In this document: positions 55,464 to 64,000 of the stretch, piece by piece
Position numbering within the stretch: the first letter of the stretch is position 1
Layout of the letters: each line of letters begins with the position of its first letter
Assembly: GCA_964016885.1 (NCBI GenBank)
Contig: OZ024743.1
Coordinates: 198,152,001 to 198,216,000, forward strand
Direction: 5' to 3'
Source: Eledone cirrhosa
Taxonomy: Eukaryota
Length of the DNA: 64,000 nucleotides
Notes under the pieces: generated by a model
Told to the model about the DNA's origin: nothing
Databases searched by the model: none
What the model saw: the letters and a program-made list of their open reading frames with translations, nothing else
Program-made: the position numbers and the translations under genes

Positions 55464-56762
55464 CTAAAAGTATCGGCATTTCCCGGATAGGGGGCAATCA
55501 GCCCGATTCCTACAATTACAGTTAGTACTAACTACAGGGTTGCACGTGTTCCTACGGCTAGGTAGTTTAGCTAAATTTGAAGCTGTGATGTTATGTGCAA
55601 GGTTAGGAGTCGTAGAGTAAGACATTTTAATAGTATTTCTATTAAAAATTTTACTATGTTTATGTGTAGGGGGAAAATGCTTCGTAATAAGGGAAAGAAA
55701 GATCTTAGCTAATGGTGTGGCCACCTCCATATTATATGGTGGGTTAAACCAACAAATGCGACGGGATCTATTTCTTTTAGGTCTATTTTCGTACTCTGTA
55801 TATGCTACCTTATCGACAAATCCACTTCGAGCAAGAGCTTCATTGTAATAAGTGGAATGGTCGTTGAAAATGCGCTCGTTGGTGGAAAGACGAGAAAGCC
55901 TCAACGAAACGTTTCTTACCAGGTTCTTGGTTATGCTGGCAGGGTGGTTGGAATGCTTACTTATGTAATTAAGCGTATCATTCGGCTTTCTATACGGGTA
56001 ATACAACCCATTCAATAAACTGAGGGTAACGTCGAGGTAATTAACGACCGAGAGATTGGCCTCAACCTGTATAGAGAGGTTGAAGCCTTTAAAGAAGGCT
56101 GTGAGTTCTTTTCTGAATCTGTCGCTAGCACGAGGTCCGCACTTAGTCATGGTCAAAAGACCATCGTCACGGTACAAACCACCGCCCGCGTTGGGGAATT
56201 CGTCCTTGATAGAGAAAAGAAGGAAAAGGCCAATAAGATCAGTAACCTCCGCAGAGTCACTGGCGCCCATACTCACGTCGAATGAGGTACTATTGGATTT
56301 TTTAATCCAAATAGAGTCGTCGAAATTAATCACCGACTTTCGGGCATTAAGGATGACATCAACTTCAAAATCCTTAACCACTGTGAGTGTTTTAGCGAAA
56401 TTGATAGCTCTAAGGAGAAGTGGTAAAGTGATGGAGGAGTAGTAATTGTTGATGTCGATTTGGATAAAACGGCAATGTTCCTTGTTACATATGCCGTTGA
56501 ACCAATCAATCACCGCGAAAGAATTGTTCCACAGTGCGAGAGGGGCCAAACTTCTAATTTCAGGTATAATTCTATGAAGGATCGTTTTACTAAGTCTACC
56601 TAAATCGGACTTCGTAGGGTTAATAAGCCGAATAGAGGGGTTGTTCGGAAAATTGGATTTGTGTTCCTTCAGAGTAAAGTGGGGAGAGATAGGGTCCAGA
56701 GGTTCGGTCCGGTCCAGGATGTTGAGATCAGATGTGATTTTAAACCCCCTAACGGATAGCAC
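55464..56762 (-). CDS. PLE reverse transcriptase (N-truncated; ends right after CPLSGKC, GIY-YIG missing)
   Basis: LKEHK..F..NP.IRLINP, QIDI, MGASD, GLYRDDG, YLDV, WFNPP, CNC..CPL. Confidence 0.8.
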   Translation of the reverse strand: MLSVRGFKITSDLNILDRTEPLDPISPHFTLKEHKSNFPNNPSIRLINPTKSDLGRLSKTILHRIIPEIRSLAPLALWNNSFAVIDWFNGICNKEHCRFIQIDINNYYSSITLPLLLRAINFAKTLTVVKDFEVDVILNARKSVINFDDSIWIKKSNSTSFDVSMGASDSAEVTDLIGLFLLFSIKDEFPNAGGGLYRDDGLLTMTKCGPRASDRFRKELTAFFKGFNLSIQVEANLSVVNYLDVTLSLLNGLYYPYRKPNDTLNYISKHSNHPASITKNLVRNVSLRLSRLSTNERIFNDHSTYYNEALARSGFVDKVAYTEYENRPKRNRSRRICWFNPPYNMEVATPLAKIFLSLITKHFPPTHKHSKIFNRNTIKMSYSTTPNLAHNITASNLAKLPSRRNTCNPVVSTNCNCRNRADCPLSGKCRYF

Positions 56763-57681
56763 GATACGTGGATATTTTACGTCTTGATGTGGGAGCTAAG
56801 TATATGTTTTGTTTATTCCTTTACTTATTTGCATAGGTAAGTATATATTACCCGTATGTTTTGTGAAGGTATGTATACCTCCTCGTACGTATATTTGACT
56901 GTTATAGCGTATCATTTTTACATATTCTGGTATTTAGGGTTTGGCTATGTGTATACGGGAGTTTCGCGTCCGCGTGAGTGTGCAGGTTCGTACGTACGGT
57001 GGGTGTGTGTATATGTGTACTTCTTGTTTTAGTTGACTTACGTCTCCGAACATTCGTGTATTTATATGTAGGTATGCGTGTGCGCTTGTTATATACGTAT
57101 TTATTTACTTATATACGTTTATATAATTATTTATTTATTTGTACACAAGCATACACACACATATTTATATGTGCGTGGTTTTGTATACCCATGGTTAGGT
57201 TTTGCGTATGCTTGTGTATGTACGTATCTGTTTGCGTGTATGTATTTATTTGTTTCTATTACTTCTGTATTGTATTTATTTACTTTGTTCTTAACTCTGT
57301 AGCAGAGATTCATTTGGTCTCCTAGTTAGAATTTTAGTCTACGATTTCTGCTATACCATTTACGTGGTTTTGTCTTTGCGTGCTATTGTTCTCCACGCTC
57401 CACATATGACTTATTATCTTCGTTTTTTCGTTCATTGCCAGAGAACGTCTCTATGCACCACCTAAGAGAACATTAGTCTACGACCTCTTTTATACCATAA
57501 ACGTGGTTTTGTCTTTGCGCGTAATTGTTTTTCACCGCTCCTATTAATGACGTATTATATTCGTTTTTTCCCGTTCTTTGCCAGCGAACGTTACCACGAA
57601 CCAAAGTATCGTCTTCCTGTCTTCCTCCGGTTGCAATGTTTTTTGAAATATCCAGTTCTGCGTTTACAGATTGACTTTGTT

Positions 57682-57732
57682 AGTTTCAGAAGATCCCGTT
57701 AAGGGTGAAAGCAGCGATTCTTTGCTTAAACT
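57682..57732 (+). ncRNA. hammerhead variant (CAGAAGA core)
   Basis: agttt-CAGAAGA-t-ccc gttaa ggg-t-GAAA-gca gcgattctt tgc-TT-aaact. Confidence 0.62.
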
Positions 57733-57748
57733 TTAATCTGTTATTTTA

Positions 57749-57793
<45 letters not shown>

Positions 57794-57836
57794 CGAAACA
57801 TAAGTCAATTGCATGAACTCATAGTCCTTTATTTAA

Positions 57837-57888
57837 TGCTATATATATTTCGATGATAGCCATTGAATGGCTATGACCTCATCGGGCA
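57837..57888 (-). ncRNA. hammerhead variant (CCGATGA core)
   Basis: Minus strand tgc-CCGATGA-g..atagccat/tca/atggctat..c-GAAA-T atat A-TA-gca. Confidence 0.65.
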
Positions 57889-57949
57889 GTTAATCAGTTC
57901 TTAGATATGCCTGCTCTGTGTTTATGGTGTTGATGGTATCAGAGCCTTG

Positions 57950-58000
<51 letters not shown>

Positions 58001-58969
58001 TACCTACACACACACATATATATGTGTACATACACAAACATACATACGCATCTGTAAAAAAAACCTACAATATACTAAAATATAAGTATAACGTACACAT
58101 GGGGTGTACAAGATGCATACGCATACATTAAAAGATGTATCTTGTACTAAACATGCACAGATATAAACATTAAAATCATATACATACATCGGTACGCATT
58201 CACGTAACATATACATATATAACTCTCTATACATACACACACATATATATATACATATACATACGCATACACATATACACACATAAAAACAATAAAATAA
58301 ATATACAATATATTAAAATATGCATATAACGTTACATAGAGATATATAAAAAAAACAGAGGAGAAAGAAGAAGGTACGTGTATGCGTATGATATAGTACA
58401 CATGGGGATTATAAGATGCATACGCATACACATATACACACATATAAAAACGATAAAATATATAAATATACAATATATTAAAATATGCGTATAACGTCAC
58501 AGAGATATATATAAAATAAAGAGGAGAAAGAAGGAGTTACTTGTATGCGCATGATATAGTACACATGGGGAGAATGAGATGCACGCGTAGGTCTGTATAC
58601 GGAACAAATAATATGTGTTCCAAAATCGAACAGGTGGAGAGAATGTATTCACGATTGAAAAGGTACACATTCATGGGAGTGCGCAGCCCGGTCATATTGG
58701 AGTATGCCACTGTGGTTGAGGTATGGTGTATGTATTTGACTGAAAGACTGTGGAATCCGGGTCAACCTGTCCCGGCTCAGACGATGTTCCTGCCTAGGGT
58801 GACGTGCAGAGTCGGGTATGCATCTTGGGTTATTTTGGTTTACTCCACAGGGCATATTATGTCATCAGGGTATGGTGTCTGATCCCTTGAACCCGTTTCG
58901 TCGCTCTGGTCGGCGCATGCACCGCCGCGAGCCCTTAGCTTGGGCATCCCGGAGGATTCCATGCGGAGA

Positions 58970-59400
58970 GTGTGCACCTTCTCTGGTGACTGCAGGTCAT
59001 AATAATTTCCGATGTCAGGTTGACCGCATCATCCTTTAGTCTGACTATTTCAAATGGCCTCGTATAAGCATAGGCTACACTTTCTACTTCCAGCCGAGTA
59101 TGCGTTCGCGTGCCGAACGGTACTCCAGTCAGGGGCGTACTGGGTGCCTTTGTCTTTCAGATCCCACACCAGGTCCGCTAACCTAGTGGAGTGCCTCTTA
59201 CTGCTTCAAGGAGTTCGTGTGGTTATAGATCCGCGATTTAAAGGTCGTAGATGTTGCGCCGATGTAGGTTCGATTTACATTGTGGGTGCTAACGACACAT
59301 TTGTATACCAGGCCCTTCATCAGATATCTTCCCTGTAGGGGGCACTGGGTGCCCGCTCTGCAGTTACATGTTCTGTCGTTGTTTTGTTCACTTTGGACGC
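58970..59400 (-). pseudogene. PLE GIY-YIG endonuclease remnant (not in ORF track)
   Basis: Manual translation: TCNCRAGTQCPLQG...LVYKC...TYIGATSTTFKSRIYNH / STRLADLVWDLKD...CSLCLYE, with stop and frameshift. Confidence 0.75.
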
Positions 59401-59495
59401 CTGGCCCATGATCTGCTAGGGCCCTCTCCCGATTCTATACAATCTCTCTCTCTATATATATATATACATATACATGTATGTATATATATATATAT

Positions 59496-59577
<82 letters not shown>

Positions 59578-59618
59578 CGTAAAATAATAAAATTATAAAA
59601 TTAACTTACTAAAAAATC

Positions 59619-59691
59619 ACTTCCAACTAATTAGTTTCTGGAATGGAGTAAATATATTTTCCGAAGAAAATCATTCCGTCATCAGGAAAGT
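59619..59691 (-). ncRNA. hammerhead ribozyme (mirror arm, shorter stem II insert)
   Basis: Reverse complement of 59776-59858, lacking ~10 nt inside stem II. Confidence 0.75.
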
Positions 59692-59775
59692 CTTCGCTAT
59701 TTCCTTTCCACTGAATTATTTTTTTTAATAAGTTTCCGCAGTCCTCGCTATGCCCGGAGACTTACACGGAAAAAG

Positions 59776-59858
59776 ACTTTCCTGATGACGGAATGATTTT
59801 CTATATGTTTCTTCGGAAAATATATTTACTCCATTCCAGAAACTAATTAGTTGGAAGT
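59776..59858 (+). ncRNA. type I hammerhead ribozyme with extended stem II
   Basis: actttc-CTGATGA-c-ggaatg...cattcc-a-GAAA-C taatta G-TT-ggaagt; palindromic stem III. Confidence 0.8.
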
Positions 59859-60024
59859 GATTTTTTAGTAAGTAAGTTAATTTTATAATTTTCTTATTTT
59901 ACGTCTCTCATATTATTGTTCTGCAACGCCATGCATTGAACCACACTGTTAATAAGACAAAACCTATATATTTGCTAGCATTGATATGCATCTGTGTGTA
60001 TATAAATGTTACTAGATATAAATT

Positions 60025-60067
<43 letters not shown>

Positions 60068-60925
60068 GGTGTTAAAGTTTGCTTGAAGCATTGTGAAATG
60101 TGTAAAATACGTATTTAAGAAAGCCACAACAATGCAGAGGGAAATCTCGAGGTAGGAAGTGAAAGATAGATAGGAAAAACAGGTGAAAGTGAAAATTGAG
60201 AGAGACAAAGATGAAAACAAAACAAAGGTAGAAGGGTTACCGTAGTAGAGATTTAATCCCAATATTTCGGGCTCACGCCCATCAACGGGGGAAAGTTCCA
60301 AAAGGGGGGGAACAGGCCAAGCGGAGAAAGTTGTGATGTCGTTAAGACAGGAATGCCGTTATGGGGAGAAAATTATTTAAAATTTAAACGAGGGAAAGAA
60401 TGCGCGTGCGCGTGATAGGCTGTGGCAAAAGCTACTGACCAAATGGGTTAAATCAAGAGGGTGCGCTAGCGTGTGAAAGCCGTAAGATATGTGTGTGTAA
60501 ATATATATGTGTGTGTAACTGTGTGTGTAAATATATATGTGTGTGTAACTGTGTGTGTATAAGTGTAAGTGTGTATATGTGTGAGTGTGTGTGTGTGTGA
60601 AAGATAGTGGGCTGTAGAAGCTGGAAATCAAAGGGTGTGAAAGGTGGTAGGTTGTAAAACATGTGTGCGTGTATAAATATAGATGTGTGTGTGTAAGCGT
60701 ATGGGTATACATGTGTGTGTAACTGTGTGTGTATATGTGTGAGTGCGTTTGTGTGTGAAAGATAGTGGGCTGTAGAAGCTGGAAATCAAAGGGTGTGAAA
60801 GGTGGTAGGTTGTAAAAACATGTGTGCGTGTATAAATATAGATGTGTGTGTGTATGCGTATGGGTATGCATATACGTGCGTGTGTGTGAAGATAGCAGGC
60901 CGTAGGCTGTGAATGGTCACTATGG

Positions 60926-62605
60926 TTAAGTTAGCCATTTCAGCTCATTTCTCTCAGCCCGGTTGTTAAGTGGGGGTCTGAGGTTCTTAATAACAAGTGC
61001 TTCCTTTATCCTTAAGGATCCGATGCTGCGTTCAGTCGCTAGGACTGTGACCAAGGGTCTACCCTGTGGGTTTCCGCATTTAAGGATGTGTTTACGGAAG
61101 GAAGATGCGTTGGTGTTGATATGTTCCTTGATACGAACATGTAGGGGTCGGATGGTGCTACCTATGTAAAACTTGTTACATTTATCGCATTGAATCTTAT
61201 ATACGACATAGGTGCGTAGGCAATCTGCCCCCCGTATCGGGCAGTTGCTGAGGGAACACGTCCCATCTGACTCGTCGGGTTTGTTGGAGAGGCATCTTCG
61301 CAGCGAAGGTCCTGTGTGGGCCAAATGTATGTCAAGTCCCTCCGTCCGTATGGCCCTGCGGATGGCGTTCGTGGTATATTCACTCAGGTGGGGGATTTTA
61401 AAGAAGCACCTGCTATTATTTAATTTTCTAGTGGGTGTCTGTCTATTGGGTCTGGGGTCTCTAATTCCGTTAATCAGTCGCTTGGGATAACCATTAGATC
61501 TGAGTAGATTACGGAATTGCGTGGTATGGGTGAGACCACCCATCGGGTCGCTGCATCTGTTAGTGATCCGTGTCAGTTCATTTAGGACATAGCCTCTCTT
61601 AGCGTTGTTGGGGAGGGCTGAGTTATAATGCACAAATAAGTCCTTGCACGCTGCTTTGCGGTAGAAGGTGATGTTTATGTCTCCTTCTTCCGAGATGTTG
61701 ATACGGAAGTCGAGGAGGGCGAGTGACCCGTCTTCTCCTGGGTGTTCGATGGGGAAATCGACGTGATGGTCAGTATCGTTGAAGATTTGGTGAATTTCAT
61801 TCGCCATCTCACGGGAAGAAGTAAGTATCAGGATATCATCAACGTATCTGGAGTAGAAGGCGACGGCGTTGGGTTGGCAGGTATTGAGTGCCTTGCGTTC
61901 CAGGTGGTCCATGTACGAGATCGCAAGTATGCCGGACAGACTAGAGCCCATAGGTAGCCCAGAGATTTGTTTGTACATGTGGCCGAGGAAATTGAAGAGT
62001 GCATTATCCACAACGAAGGAGAGGAGTTGGTGGATGTCCGTGTGTGTGAGTCCGAAGCAGTGTAAGTTAGATGCTCGGACTCGTTCGGTCAACAGGTCGA
62101 CAGCTGGGGATGCTGGTACGGAGGTATAAAGGGCGACCACATCAAGACTGAAGGCATAACCGTTGTCCTTTCTGGTGTTGGGCGCCAGATGGTGTAGTCG
62201 CTCCAAGACTTCCTTTGAGCTGCAGACGTGGGCTGGTAGTGTGTGTAGAATAGGTTTCAGTAGTGTGGAGAGCAGCCACGATATTTTGTAGAGTGGGCCC
62301 TCCATGCTAGAGACAATGGGCCTGATTTTCAAATTGGGTCCTTGTTTATGTGTTTTAACCAGGTGGTAGAAGGTGGGTAATTTGATGTTTCGAGTCATTA
62401 TGTTGTTTTTTACCTTCTTTGGCAGTTTTCGTTGGACACAGATGTTAGTCCATATGGTGTTAATGCCTTTCTCGATTAGAGTCGAGGAGGTCCCTGTGAC
62501 TTTCGAGTAGAGGCTGTGGTCATTAAGATTTTGGAGAGCTAAGTTGTTGTAGGTCTCTCTCGAGATGACACAGAATTCTTTCCCCTTGTCGGAGGGAAGG
62601 TACAC
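60926..62605 (-). CDS. PLE reverse transcriptase + GIY-YIG endonuclease (open; true N-terminus further upstream)
   Basis: SDKG, KTHK..IRPIVS, SLDVVALYTSVP, GLPMGS, YSRYVDD, LDF, VVYKIQC..C..YIGST.R....RIKEH. Confidence 0.88.
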   Translation of the reverse strand: MYLPSDKGKEFCVISRETYNNLALQNLNDHSLYSKVTGTSSTLIEKGINTIWTNICVQRKLPKKVKNNIMTRNIKLPTFYHLVKTHKQGPNLKIRPIVSSMEGPLYKISWLLSTLLKPILHTLPAHVCSSKEVLERLHHLAPNTRKDNGYAFSLDVVALYTSVPASPAVDLLTERVRASNLHCFGLTHTDIHQLLSFVVDNALFNFLGHMYKQISGLPMGSSLSGILAISYMDHLERKALNTCQPNAVAFYSRYVDDILILTSSREMANEIHQIFNDTDHHVDFPIEHPGEDGSLALLDFRINISEEGDINITFYRKAACKDLFVHYNSALPNNAKRGYVLNELTRITNRCSDPMGGLTHTTQFRNLLRSNGYPKRLINGIRDPRPNRQTPTRKLNNSRCFFKIPHLSEYTTNAIRRAIRTEGLDIHLAHTGPSLRRCLSNKPDESDGTCSLSNCPIRGADCLRTYVVYKIQCDKCNKFYIGSTIRPLHVRIKEHINTNASSFRKHILKCGNPQGRPLVTVLATERSIGSLRIKEALVIKNLRPPLNNRAERNELKWLT

Positions 62606-63105
62606 AAGGTTCCTGGATCTTAGGTTGGTGAGAGTATTAAATTGTGCATTGGTGAGGTTGCGTTTATTGTGTGTGTGTGTGTGTGTTGGGAAAGGATGTT
62701 AGAGATAGAATGTTTCAACCTGAGTAGTTTAGTGTCAAGTTCGTGGTTGGTGGGTGGGGGGTGGAGTGGGTTGTCGAGGTGATACGTGGGGAGTGTGGGG
62801 TGGGTTGTGGGGTTGTAATCGATCTCGGTGTTGTTTTGGATGGCGGTTAGCCATTTCAGTTGATATGCTGTCCGACAGAAGTTGGTTTCGATGTCGAGTT
62901 TCAGTGTATCATCGAGACGCTGTGTAATGATGAACTTGGGTCCGAGGCGCAGAAGTTCGAGTTCGTCGTTGGTGAGGGTACCGGTTAAGTCGGTAACGAG
63001 GTGTGAAGCATCGTTGGTAGGTAGATCGATGTTGGGGGTGTAGCGGAGGGTGTTGTATAGCTGTTTCCCCTGGTGTGGTTGTAGTCGGTCCGTCTGTGGG
63101 AGCGG

Positions 63106-64000
63106 ATTTCCTCGGCCACACGTACAAACAAATCTCTGGGCTACCTATGGGCTCTAGTCTGTCCGGCATACTTGCGATCTCGTACATGGACCACCTGGAA
63201 CGCAAGGCACTCAATACCTGCCAACCCAATGCCGTCGCCTTCTACTCCAGATACGTTGATGATATCCTGATACTTACTTCTTCCCGGGAGATGTCGAATG
63301 AAATTCACCAAATTTTCAACGATACTGACCATCACGTCGATTTCACCATCGAACACCCAGGAGAAGACGGGTCACTCGCCCTCCTCGACTTCCGTATCAA
63401 CATCTCGGAAGAAGGAGACATAAACACCACCTTCTACCGCAAAGCAGCGTGCAAGGACTTATTTGTGCATTATAACTCAGCCCTCCCCAACAACGCTAAG
63501 AGAGGTTATGTCCTAAATGAACTGACACGGATCACTAACAGATGCAGCGACCCGATGGGTGGTCTCACCCATACCACGCAATTCCGTAATCTACTCAGAT
63601 CTAATGGTTATCCCAAGCGACTGATTAACGGAATTAGAGACCCCAGACCCAATAGACAGACACCCACTAGAAAATTAAATAATAGCAGGTGCTTCTTTAA
63701 AATCCCCCACCTGAGTGAATATACCACGAACGCCATCCGCAGGGCCATACGGACGGAGGGACTTGACATACATTTGGCCCACACAGGACCTTCGCTGCGA
63801 AGATGCCTCTCCAACAAACCCGACGAGTCAGATGGGATGTGTTCCCTCAGCAACTGCCCGATACGGGGGGCAGATTGCCTACGCACCTATGTCGTATATA
63901 AGATTCAATGCGATAAATGTAACAAGTTTTACATAGGTAGCACCATCCGACCCCTACATGTTCGTATCAAGGAACATATCAACACCAACGCATCTTCCTT
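63106..64000 (+). repeat. inverted ~99%-identical duplicate of PLE RT/EN segment 61098-61992
   Basis: About 9 substitutions counted by eye over 895 bp. Confidence 0.9.

Larger units (their letters stand above)
54961..57756 (-). mobile_element. PLE family B copy: RT only (EN deleted), with inverted pseudo-LTR
   Basis: 55047-55469 is the reverse complement of 57332-57756; + strand pseudo-LTR at 56745-57756; (TA)n flanks. Confidence 0.88.
57790..59445 (-). mobile_element. 5'-truncated PLE (decayed GIY-YIG + 3' pseudo-LTR)
   Basis: GIY-YIG remnant plus HHR near the 3' end; (TA)n flanks. Confidence 0.75.
59568..59913. mobile_element. ORF-less inverted-repeat element, ~130-bp arms with ~78-bp spacer, one HHR per arm
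   Basis: ~59568-59695 vs ~59773-59913; (TA)n on the left, tail to ~60028 then (TA)n. Confidence 0.8.
60064..64000 (-). mobile_element. Penelope-like element with long inverted partial copy (continues past window end)
   Basis: Minus-strand RT-GIY-YIG ORF; 3' UTR 60064-60925 with an internal duplication; 63106-64000 is the reverse complement of 61098-61992. Confidence 0.9.

Overview
AT-rich eukaryotic intergenic or intronic DNA. It is invertebrate, and the repeat repertoire suggests a cephalopod such as Octopus (inference). No host gene could be supported. The window is a mosaic of microsatellites and transposons: two tandem R4/Dong-like non-LTR elements in (TAA)n, two L1/Tx1 elements next to (TATC)n, three Helitrons (one with a PIF1-like helicase remnant), a CRE-like fragment, tRNA-derived SINEs, and at least 7 coding Penelope-like element (PLE) copies (RT and/or GIY-YIG), several with inverted pseudo-LTRs. 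The main signal is at RNA level: about 20 hammerhead-ribozyme (HHR) or HHR-like motifs found by eye. They occur (i) in PLE pseudo-LTRs, (ii) in short ORF-less fold-back palindromes sitting in (TA)n, and (iii) in an ORF-less 468-nt tandem unit bounded by two canonical HHRs, a retrozyme/circRNA-like element. Several families carry recurring non-canonical cores (CCGA/CAGA instead of CUGA; UUGAAAA...GCAA). Most short ORFs in the track are microsatellite artefacts.
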